From Macrostomum hystrix (taxonomy: Eukaryota; Animalia; Platyhelminthes): 64,000 nt of DNA. Where the stretch lies: positions 7,874,001-7,938,000 of the forward strand of contig CATNEN010000003.1 of assembly GCA_950097015.1 (NCBI GenBank). Direction: 5' to 3'. The translations under genes and the position numbers were made by a program. Below, one piece after another: positions 47,226-58,803 of the stretch. The notes beneath the pieces were generated by a model. That model searched no databases, was not told the origin of the DNA, and was given only the letters and a program-made list of their open reading frames with translations. Numbering within the stretch: position 1 is the stretch's first letter; every line of letters begins with the position of its first letter.

Positions 47226-48283
47226 TATCTATCAGTATTGTTAAGATTTCAATCTATCCAACATGGTAGCTTTCATAACAAAATGTATTTTAGGATTGCT
47301 CATTTTGAATGGTTATACACGCAATAAATTTGAAGATAAAGGTTTTACCGTTTAGAATCAGGTCACATATATCCAGGTTGCATTGCTCACAAACACGGAC
47401 TTCAGTCTTTGAATTGGATTATCGTAGCAATAAAATATTGATCAGTTTATAGTGAAGCCAGTTGGAGTTTTCGACCATTTTATTACCTTAAATTAATCCC
47501 AAAACTGTGTCGGTAGATTAACACGCCTAACTTGTATATAAAAGACACAGATAATTTCGAGTTTGTTAAAACTCTATGCGACTAAAAATCGGTAGGAAAA
47601 GTGTCCAATTTATTTTCTAAGAAACCGCGATTTATCCGGCGCGAAAATAATATACGATTGTGTTAAAATGCTTAGCTCCAAACAAATGTGGATGTCGGAT
47701 GTGTGCATGTTCTATTTTTGTTATATTTTCACGTCTATTTAGCTGTCTCCCTGATAGATCTATGCGTCCCATTTCTGGATCATGATCGGTTTGCTGTGGT
47801 GTGTGTTATATTTTTTCGGGGTTTAAGGATTAAGCCGGATTAGCGAGCTATATAGATAGCCATAAAGACAAACTAGATAGAGAGCGACAAAAATTATTCG
47901 GACAAAAAATTCCGAGTTCCTAGTTCTCAGTAGATGATATTTTGACTGCCAATTTCCTGAATTTGTCAACAAAATTGAGTTTTCAAATTAATACGACTAA
48001 TGAGTTTAACTGGTGGAGATATGAAATTCAATCTATTAATTAGCTCGGATCGAATCTATATCTATGTATCTCGTAACTATCTAATAGGTAAAAAACTACA
48101 CGATACACTCTCAGGACTGTTAGATGCCGCCATACTCACACCGAATTTCAACTAGAACTAATTTGACACTATAATTGTTTATTATCAGGGCTGCGATTCG
48201 AACTCCCGACCCATTGAGACCTACTGAATCCTCAAATTGTAATAATAATAATAATAATAACAATAATAATTGCAGGTGGGCTG

Positions 48284-48431
48284 TAGACAATGGCAAATCA
48301 GTTGGTGACACTAGACCCGCAGCCAGCGAGGATGCAATTCTGAACATTTCGCTGACTCCTGAGCATACGCGCACACAGCTGTGTACATCTGCCCTGACTT
48401 TCTCATTGTCAGGCAGTGTACACTCTCACTG
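48284..48431 (-). mobile_element. Fold-back dispersed element, copy E (internal deletion), next to (TAA)n
   Basis: Matches copies B and D. Confidence 0.8.
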
Positions 48432-49448
48432 GGCCTCTCACACTCTCACACTCGCTCTGCCACTCACCCTCCTCGTAAAGTCTAGGACTGTAACTACTAG
48501 TTTATCATCTTCGCAATCTAATATTATCTACAGCGGATCAAGGAGGATGGGGTTGAACTCGATAAAAAGGAGGAATAGACTAGATGGAATGTCACGATAG
48601 GTTACATTTTTTCCGATTTTTTCCTTTATGCCACTGTGCAGTCTTCTATGAAATCTATTCCATTTTTTTTTCAAAGCAGCAATTAGGAACAGAAATACGA
48701 GGATAAGCAACTTCTTCGTGAGTAAAAACTTTGAGAAAATGATTTCAATAAGGCTAGGCAACAGATGCTAACACACACACACACACATATGCAAGCCTAG
48801 GCGGATGAGGTAGCTGAAATAACTCCAGAGCAGAGCTGAGTAATATTAACCGCGAGAAGAATTGCAAAACGTGACAATTCCTTTATCGTCGAAACATTTT
48901 CTTGCGCCTATGCAGCCTCTGTACCACCGACAGCATCCGGCAGATCTCCCAAATCCCAACCACCTCATCTATAGCCTGTTTGTTGAGTGTGGAATACAGC
49001 CTACTGGAGATATATGGAGACATATATATCTATGAAAGCTCACAGATAGATAAAAATGCATATCTACTGTAATTCTTGCCTTTGAGTTGGTCCTTGGATC
49101 GTGTTAAATTCCAGCGGCGCTTAAGCATATGATTGAACATTTCGTCTATAACATTTTGAAAGATTGTTTTTAGCTTGACAGGTGGTTAGAAATTTGGCCA
49201 GTTTTTGGCAAAGTATCGGAGTAGAAGGTGAGGCTTTGAGCAAGGTTCTCCGTGTGATTGAGCACGACTCAAAGATTGGAATTGTATAGACTGCCTGGCA
49301 GGTGCGTGCGCGGATGAAATCTCGATAAAAATATAACTCCCAAGGCTTGAGGAACTGAGAAGACAAAGGAAAATATACCTCACTAGAATATAGTGATTTG
49401 TGACTTTTATTCGACACTAAATTCCCATCTACAACTCAATTTCCCCTC

Positions 49449-49976
49449 CCAGTTTATCCCATCTATGACTGTCAGTTTATCCCATCTATGACTGTCAGTT
49501 TATCCCATCTATGACTGTCAGTTTATCCCATCTATGACTGTCAGTTTATCCCATCTATGACTGTCAGTTTATCCCATCTATGACTGTCAGTTTATCCCAT
49601 CTATGACTGTCAGTTTATCCCATCTATGACTGTCAGTTTATCCCATCTATGACTGTCAGTTTATCCCATCTATGACTGTCAGTTTATCTCATCTATGACT
49701 GTCAGTTTATCTCATCTATGACTGTCAGTTTATCCCATCTATGACTGTCAGTTTATCCCATCTATGACTGTCAGTTTATCCCAACTATGACTGTCAGTTT
49801 ATCCCAACTATGACTGTCAGTTTATCCGAACCATGGCTGTTAGTTTATCCCATCTATGACTGTCAGTTTATCCCATCTATGACTGTCAGTTTATCCCATC
49901 TGTGACTGTCAGTTTATCCCATCTGTGACTGTCAGTTTATCCCATCTATGACTGACAGTTTATCACATCTATGACT
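49449..49976. repeat. 23-bp minisatellite (CAGTTTATCCCATCTATGACTGT), about 23 copies
   Basis: Tandem units. Confidence 0.97.
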
Positions 49977-50324
49977 CAAATCTGACCCTGACTTAATTTA
50001 TCCTATTTTTGCCACTTTTTCTGAACTTTCCAAAATCCCAGTTTTCATTTTTTCGCCCATATTTTTCATGCCAGAGAAAATCTGGAATAACCAGGTCAGG
50101 CACGAGCCAACCAAGCACGCGTGTCAGCACTGCCGAATGAAACTTGAGCTGCCAAGACTTCAAAGCCGATTGGCTTCCGAAAATTCTACAATTGACGCCA
50201 CTTGGCACGACTAACTTAACCATTGAGTAGTAGGTACACAACTGCTATTGACTCATTCGCTTGAATTTGGGATTCGATTAGCTGCATAGCTCTTCTTTAA
50301 TGCCAGCTTTCACTAACGCTTTCT

Positions 50325-50690
50325 CTCCATCACATTCTTTCCCATCCCATTCTTTCCTATCCCATTCTTTCCCATCCCATTCTTTCCCATCCCCTTGTTT
50401 TAAAATCCCCTTGTTTCCCATCCCCTTGTTTCCCATCCCCTTGTTTCCCATCCCCTTGTTTCCCATCCCCTTGTTTCCCATCCCCTTGTTTCCAATCCCC
50501 TTGTTTCCCATCTCCTTCTTTCCCATCCCCTTGTTTCCCATCCCCTTGTTTCCCATCCCCTTGTTTCCCATCCCCTTGTTTCCCATCCCCTTGTTTCCAA
50601 TCCCCTTGTTTCCCATCTCCTTCTTTCCCATCCCCTTGTTTCCCATCCCCTTGTTTCCCATCCGATTCTTTCCATCCCATTCTTTCCCAT
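50325..50690. repeat. 15-bp minisatellite (TTTCCCATCCCCTTG)
   Basis: Tandem units. Confidence 0.95.
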
Positions 50691-51342
50691 ACCATATTTC
50701 AATTTCCCTCAATGATCAGTGCGACATATTTGCCGTCTCCATCCAGTCAAATCGTGCCCCTGGATTACCGCACAGGTGTATATAGTTTTCATTATCCCAA
50801 GCTTCTGAAACGCGTGCCGATTGCTCTGAAGACACACAAGAGTGAAAAAATAGAACTGACAAAAAGAAGGCCATGACACACGTGGCCAAGTCCTGTCGTT
50901 TGCAAGCTATTCTACTCAAATTTTGAGCAAACACGTATGCAACAAACTATATTGCCCTAGTTAATCATACGGCGATCAACCGATATGACATTAAAAAGTA
51001 ACAAGAAACTTAGTTAATCTTGATTAATACACGTAGAATTATAATTACACTATTTAAAAACACTCATATTGAATGAGTTCATCTCCCATCGATCCTTAGA
51101 AGGTTCTAAATATAGTGTAATCTAATATCTATCCACAGAATGTTCAAAATTTAGTCAACTGTTATTCGTTCTATTGTTTTAGCCTTTGCTGACAATTTAA
51201 CCTTGTAACCTTCCGCAAATAATGGAAAGATTTGGAGATGAAATGTGGATCGGTGGCAAGTGGCAAAGTGGAAGATGTTGATCGCACATGATATCTGTCA
51301 GACTGTGGCTTAATTAATTTTTATAAGCATGTTAGCAGTGTT

Positions 51343-52197
51343 CTACCTCTGTCACTCTCTCCCTATCTACCTCTGTCACTCTCTCCCTATCTACCTCTCA
51401 CTCTCTCCCTATCTACCTCTGTCACTCTGTCCCTATCTACCTCTGTCACTCTCTCCCTATCTACCTCTGTCACTCTCTCCCTATCTACCTCTCACTCTCT
51501 CCCTATCTACCTCTGTCACTCTCTCCCTATCTACCTCTGTCACTCTCTCCCTATCTACCTCTCACTCTCTCCCTATCTACCTCTGTCACTCTCTCCCTAT
51601 CTACCTCTGTCACTCTCTCCCTATCTACCTCTGTCACTCTCTCCCTATCTACCTCTGTCACTCTCTCCCTATCTACCTCTGTCACTCTGTCCCTATCTAC
51701 CTCTGTCACTCTCTCCCTATCTACCTCTGTCACTCTCTCCCTATCTACCTCTGTCACTCTCTCCCTATCTACCGCTGTCACTCTCTCCCTATCTACCTCT
51801 GTCACTCTCTCCCTATCTACCTCTGTCACTCTCTCCCTATCTACCTCTGTCACTCTCTCCCTATCTACCTCTGTCACTCTCTCCCTATCTACCTCTGTCA
51901 CTCTCTCCCTATCTACCTCTGTCACTCTCTCCCTATCTACCTCTGTCACTCTCTCCCTATCTACCGCTGTCACTCTCTCCCTATCTACCTCTGTCACTCT
52001 CTCCCTATCTACCTCTGTCACTCTCTCCCTATCTACCTCTGTCACTCTGTCCCTATCTACCTCTGTCACTCTCTCCCTATCTACCTCTGTCACTCTCTCC
52101 CTATCTACCTCTGTCACTCTCTCCCTATCTACCTCTGTCACTCTCTCCCTATCTACCTCTGTCACTCTTTCCCTATCTACCTCTGTCACTCTCTCCA
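51343..52197. repeat. 24-bp pyrimidine-rich minisatellite (CTATCTACCTCTGTCACTCTCTCC), about 35 copies
   Basis: Tandem units just beyond the candidate INSM polyA signal (TTTATT at about 52255). Confidence 0.97.
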
Positions 52198-52454
52198 TCT
52201 CTCCTTCTCCATTAGTAATGTGAACACAGGAGAAAAACTAGCGACGCACGACAATTTATTTAGGATTTATAAACGATTTCTTTGCGACACGAGCTAAAAA
52301 CTGATCAAATTCAATATTTCACTTCTTTTTTATCATTCAGATCTGTCTCAATAATATTTAAATACTCGTAAAAGACAAAATAGGAACAAAAACTGGAACA
52401 ACAATTAAATCAAGAGTATTTTATCGACGATTGTTTGTTAAACAGTGTCATTGA

Positions 52455-52805
52455 TCAAACAGTTTCTTTAACAGCCTTCGACATCAGATGATCCAGCATG
52501 TGATTCTCGAACTCAGTGTGAACGCTGAAGCCACTGTCGCACAAGCCGCACTTGAAGTCAATTCTCTTCGAGACATTCGGCTGATTGTCGGCACCCACGC
52601 AGCCGCCACAGCCTAGCTGGTGTTTGCGCAAATAAGCAGCCCTTTTAAAACTTCGACCACAGTCGGTGCAGACAAACAAGCCTGAGTTGCCAGCACTACT
52701 CATGGCCGACTGCTGGGGGTTCGATTCCGAATTTGAGAAGTGTCTCAAATTTGTCGACGTCAAAATAGAATCGATGCTGAATAGACTGGGAAGCTTCTTT
52801 GTCTC

Positions 52806-52857
<52 letters not shown>

Positions 52858-53756
52858 TTGGACTGCTGCTTCGGCTTGTGCCAGCGTCGATGGCTGGCCA
52901 AATTAGCGGAGCAGTTGAAGGTCTTGTCGCAGTCCGGGCAGGGATAGTTGATGCATTCAATACATGGACACCTGTGTTTAGCCAATTGGAATGCGTCGAC
53001 AAATTTTTCTAGGCACAATTGGCAGACGAAATCGCCAATTATGTTAACAATTTTAGCCAGTTCCGCTCGCGCCTCCGGCGTGATCTCAACAAAGTCCGAC
53101 GCAGTGACGACGTCTGATTCTGAGTCTTTGTCGCCTCTGGCTAGCTCTTTGTTTTGCCGCATCTGCCGCCGTCTTCGACTCGATTTGGATAAGGCGCGAA
53201 TGACCGTGCCCTTCACCGGGCTCCTGCTGGATTGGCTCATCAACGGCTGCGGAGGAGGAGCAGGAGGAGGTGGCGGTGGTGGTGCTGACGAAATGGGTCT
53301 TTTAGAGGGCCGCTTCTTTAACAATTTCGGCGTAGACGACATTGTTGGATTAGTTGGAGACGGCGAAAGATTCTCCGGTTTCGTCGGCGAAACTATCGAC
53401 GTCATGAAGTTCGCGACGGACGGAGGCATTGCGGCTGTTAGCTGAAGAAACTGTTGCTGCTGCTGCTGCTGCTGCTGTTGCTGGATTGCAGCAATTTTCA
53501 ACGACTCAATCAAGTTAGCCGCTGAGTAGAATGGCGAAAATCCTCCAGTAGATCCGGAGCTAAAAGTCGAAGGAGGGAAAAGAAGCGGCTGCAGCTGCGA
53601 CGGCGGCGGCGAGATCAAAGGAAACTGAGCCATCGAAGACGGCTGCATCGAAGGAGTCGGGAAAACTCCGCGCAGCATGGCCAATCCGTGCAGGGTCAAG
53701 AACTCGTCGGCGCCGGCGCACTGTTGCGTCATCTGTTTGCGATTGTTGAAAGCCAT
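52455..53756 (-). CDS. INSM1: Insulinoma-associated (INSM/nerfin/egl-46) C2H2 zinc-finger transcription factor, intronless
   Basis: IGDFVCQLCLEKFVDAFQLAKHRCPCI...YPCPDCDKTFNCSANLASHRRWHKP is the diagnostic INSM finger pair. Also present are SPVKGTVIR, VEITPEARAELAKI, FKRAAYLRKH and a fourth finger. First ATG is at 53756. The symbol denotes the family. Confidence 0.92.
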
Positions 53757-54142
53757 GCTTTGAATTCTGTGCGTCAGCGAATCGCTTCTAGTAGAAGAAT
53801 CTAGATTTTTGAGCACGACTCAAACTGATCCGAGGGGAAATGGCGCTCAGTTATTTTTTTTCTCCCCCCCCAGCCTCCGAAATGCTCAGCATCCTCTGGC
53901 ATCCTCACTGGCGACAACCCCTGCCACCCCGCATGGCTAGCCAACCCATGGACGAGAATTCCTTGGCACTCACTGGCTTCCCCCACCCACTGCTCCCCAA
54001 CCCCTCACTAGAGAGATCTCCCAGAATCCTTCACTCCCTCACAATTCTCTTCCTCGCGTGTAGATCTGGAGGCATGCGTGCCATGCTAGCGTGTCTCCCC
54101 GCAGTCTCTATGGTCCTAATTAGCTGCGCTGTGTGCTCAACG

Positions 54143-54230
54143 CTCATTGGCTAAGAGGCTCCAGCCAATCATATTGCGCAGTTCGATTCAATTCGCTCTG
54201 ATTTTACTTGATCCTGTCATAGCCAATTAG
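54143..54230. promoter_or_regulatory. Cluster of three CCAAT boxes about 400 bp upstream of the INSM start
   Basis: CTCATTGGCT, CAGCCAATCA and TAGCCAATTA in unique sequence. Function is inferred. Confidence 0.35.
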
Positions 54231-54427
54231 AGCCTCGGTCTCTATAATGGGATTTTAGACCTACAGGTCGGGAGTTCGAATCTCAGCCCCGAGGAAAGGA
54301 TTTGGCCCAAGTTGACTAGATTTTAGCTCTTTCTATCCTATCAATCTGCAATTAGAAGATTAAATTTATTTCAGATTAAAAAGGGATTAAAACTGTTTGC
54401 GATTTTAATCCTCATCGGAACAAAGAC

Positions 54428-54770
54428 TATGAATGGATATGGGATTATAAATCGATGCGGGATTATGAATCGATCTGGGTTATAAATCGATACGTGATTA
54501 TGAATGGATATGGGATTATAAATCTATGCGGGATTATGAATCGATCTGGGATTATGAATCGATCTGGGATTATGAATCGATCTGGGATTATGAATCGATC
54601 TGGGATTTTGAATCGATCTGGGATTTTGAATCGATCTTGGATTATCAATATATGGATCTGGGAATATGAATCGATACGGAATTATGAATGGGCCCAGGAT
54701 TATGAATGGATAAGGGATTATGAAAAGATATGGGATTGTGAATGGGTCTGGGATTATGAATGGATTATGG
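54428..54770. repeat. 18-bp minisatellite (GGGATTATGAATCGATCT)
   Basis: Tandem units. Confidence 0.9.
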
Positions 54771-56839
54771 AGTTTAAAATAATTTGAGTCGCAAAGAGAA
54801 TATGAATTTTGAATAAATCAATAATTTTGAAGCGGATAAAAGTTTATAAAAGTATTTCTAATTAAGCAACGATTAGGGATTGCGAAAATTAAGAGACTTG
54901 AAGGAATCATAAAATAAATTACTGATTACACAACAATTACAGCTGATAAGCCAGATTCAGATAATTGACGATTCTTAGAAAATGAAAATAACTTCATCCG
55001 GTTTGTCAGATTTTTATGGTGAGTTAAGATATTTCACTGGCATTTCTGACGCTATCGACAGATTAAAACTGATACCAGATTATAGATCAGCAATGTTTGT
55101 CTAATATATATGAAGCAATTCATCAATATCGCAATGCACACAAGAATTCTAGTCCGCTCACACACTGAGGCCACCTCAACACTAAGAATGATTTCTTAAC
55201 CAACAAGCAACTATGATTGTGAGTCTGTGTGTGTTCGTGTGTCCAAAAGTCGGTGACGTTTCTGAGAGCTGTGCAAACCAATGCTCCAGTAGCAGCAAGT
55301 GGCTAACCCACACACACATACGCATACATATATATAATACAGCAGTTTTATAGGACCGATATAGTCTATATAGCTACTATACGGATCAGTATACAAACAT
55401 TAATAAGATTGTGTATTCTGGGGTGCGCCCAAATCTCTACATTGGGAATATATAGGAACTTTGATCTGATAAAAAAAAATAGATTTCTCAGAGACTGGTC
55501 AAGGGGCATGACCAGGGAGCCTATTCTATCAAAAAAACAGATTATTCAATTTCCTGTACGAAAAATCCGAATGCTAGATTTCTCGAAGTGAAAATTTGAC
55601 TGTTAATTATGGAAACTTATTAGCGGGTGGTTGATGAGGCATACAAAAAAAATTCACAAAATTCGCAAGTCGAAGGTGTGAAAAATTTGGGACCAATTAA
55701 GACGGGAAATGAGATTTGAAATAGCTCGTAGTTTAGCTTCGATGATTAATTTAGCAAAGCAAAACTCAACAAAGCGTGCTCTCAGAACTCTTCAACAACG
55801 GAATACTGAAATCTGTGTAAAGCAAAAATGATTATTGAAACGGAAATTACTGGACAAGGTGTTTTGAACACAGCAAGGAAGCACACAAGTTATTAAATTC
55901 ATGGGCTATTAGGAAAGAAAATTGTAAAAATTTAGGATTATCAAGTCACTACGGAAGAGCTTCAGATTTCTGAAATTGAGATCCCGAGTTTGTTCGAGAT
56001 GAATTGTAACTAATCACGGTTTAAACTCAAAAAAACGCCCTAAAATTTATTGAGGGATAAAAAAACATTTTTGCATCAACCAAAGCTTTTCAGGCGACAA
56101 AGAAACAAATAGATTGAATAGGAATTAACAAAAAATAGCTTGATTCTTCGGTAAAACAAAGATTTTAATTAACTCTCTCAATCCTATAAGCCTGTAGGAT
56201 TAGAATAATATTTCTGTAGCCGATGGAAATCAATTTTCTACTTCACACAATCCATCTAAATGTTCAATGGGATTAGTTTTCTTCCAGTTTCCAATTGTCT
56301 TCTTTTTTATTTGGTTTCTAAGAAATTTCTATTGCCAGACTAGAAGCAGGTGAACGACTCTACTCAGCTGAGAAATCAGAGCCCAATCCTATGGAATGTT
56401 AGGTCAACCAAAGATAGTATTATTTATTATTACAAAATGGTCACACACTGCCAGGTTGCATACATCCTTGAGCACGCACCAACGAATTCTGGGGGTTTCT
56501 GAGCACATGGTCGAGGTTTGGATAGAAATTTGAGCACACGGCCATACAATAGGGGATTAAATATACATATATATGCGCACACAAACGCACTCGTACACAC
56601 TCAATCGCGCAAGGATCCCATCTCAAGAGAAGAAGGGAGCGCTGCTCATGGCGCGCGTGGAATTACCGTCGATGTGCAAATAGGATTTGGAGACAGGGCC
56701 TGAACCTGGGACTGCATTGATTCAGGCCTGGAGGGGGGAAATAGAGAAGGAAAGAGAGAGACAGACAAAAGAGAAAGGAGAAAAGGAGATGAGAGTAGGG
56801 GAGAATGAGAGAAGGAGAGTGGGAGATAGGGAGTGAATG

Positions 56840-57547
56840 GAGATGAGAGGAGAGGAGAGGAGAGAATAGAAGAGGAGAGGAGAGGAGAGAAGAGAAGAGA
56901 AGAGGAGAGAAGAGGGGAGGAGAGGAGAGGAGAGAAGAGAAGAGAAGAGGAGAGAAGAGGGGAGGAGAGGAGAGGAGAGAAAAGAAGAGAAGAGGAGAGA
57001 AGAGAAGAGAAGAGAAGAGAAGAGAAGAGAAGAGGAGAGGAGAGAAGAGGAGAGGAGAGAAGAGAAGAGAAGAGGAGAGAAGAGAAGAGGAGAGGAGAGG
57101 AGAGGAGAGAAGAGAAGAGGAGAGAAGAGAAGAGAAGAGAAGAGGAGAGAAGAGAAGAGAAGAGAAGAGGAGAGAAGAGGAGAGAAGAGAAGAGGAGAGG
57201 AGAGGAGAGGAGAGAAGAGGAGAGAAGAGGAGAGGAGAGGAGAGAAGAGAAGAGGAGAGGAGAGGAGAGAAGAGGAGAGAAGAGGAGAGGAGAGGAGAGG
57301 AGAGAAGAGAAGAGGAGAGGAGAGGAGAGGAGAGAAGAGAAGAGGAGAGGAGAGGAGAGAAGAGAAGAGGAGAGGAGAGGAGAGAAGAGAAGAGGAGAGG
57401 AGAGGAGAGGAGAGAAGAGAAGAGGAGAGGAGAGGAGAGGAGAGAAGAGAAGAGAAGAGAAGAGGAGAGGAGAGGAGAGAAGAGAAGAGGAGAGGAGAGG
57501 AGAGAAGAGAAGAGGAGAGGAGAGGAGAGAAGAGGAGAGGAGAGGAG
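56840..57547. repeat. Almost pure-purine (GAGAG/GAAGA) microsatellite
   Basis: About 700 bp of essentially only A and G. Confidence 0.97.
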
Positions 57548-57946
57548 TCTGCAAGCCAGGCAACCAGTTGAACTGGCTACTCCCGTGAATAAATAAGTAA
57601 CTGTTAGGAGCATATTTACGACGCAATGAAAATTTAGAAATCTATAGTTATTTCAAGATGAAACAGGCTCATAGATTAATCATGCCTCCTGATTTTCGTA
57701 GAAAGTGTATTTAGAAAAAAGTACATTCATATAAGTACATGCATTGTATTGTCAGATTATTAACAAAACTCGCGTATAACTAATGCGATTCAAATTAACT
57801 GTTGACAAAAATAACGAATCGGAAAGTAGTTAATTTAATTTATGATAATTATTTTTATTGAACAGAACCAATCTACAAAACAGCCATAAATTAAAAAAAA
57901 CGGTGAATGGAAACTTACACAGACTGAAAAAAAGAAAGACAGAAGC

Positions 57947-58760
57947 GATTACAGACAGAAAAATGGATTACAGACTGACAGAATGAATTACAGACTGACA
58001 GAATGAATTACAGACTGACAGAACGGATTACAGACTGACAGAAAGGATTAAGGACTGACAGAACGGATTACAGACTGACAGAACGGATTAAAGACTGACA
58101 GAACGGATTACAGACTGACAGAACGGATTACAGACTGACAGAACGGATTACAGACTGACAGAATGGATTACAGACTGACAGAACGGATTACAGACCGACA
58201 GAACGGATTACAGACTGACAGAACGGATTACAGACTGACAGAATGAATTACAGACAGACAGAGGGGATTACGGACTGACAGAACGGATTACAGACTGAGA
58301 CTGACAGAATGGATTACAGACTGACAGAACGGATTACAGACTGACAGAACGGATTACAGACTGACAGAACGGATTACAGACCGACAGAACGGATTACAGA
58401 CTGACAGAACGGATTACAGACCGACAGAACGGATTACAGACTGACAGAACGGATTACAGACCGACAGAACGGATTACAGACTGACAGAATGGATTACAGA
58501 CTGACAGAACGGATTACAGACCGACAGAACGGATTACAGACTGACAGAACGGATTACAGACCGACAGAACGGATTACAGACTGACAGAATGAATTACAGA
58601 CTGACAGAGGGGATTACGGACTGAAAGAATGGATTACAGACTGACAGAACGGATTACAGACTGACAGAATGAATTACAGACAGACAGAGGGGATTACAGA
58701 CTGACAGAACAAATTACAGACTCGCAGAACAAATTACAGACAGACAGAGGGGATTACAGA
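57947..58760. repeat. 20-bp minisatellite (GACAGAACGGATTACAGACT), about 40 copies, downstream of the Beclin-1 stop
   Basis: Tandem units. Confidence 0.97.
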
Positions 58761-58803
58761 CAGGCGATAAGCAAGATTCAGATAATTCAGATTTAGACAG
58801 CGG

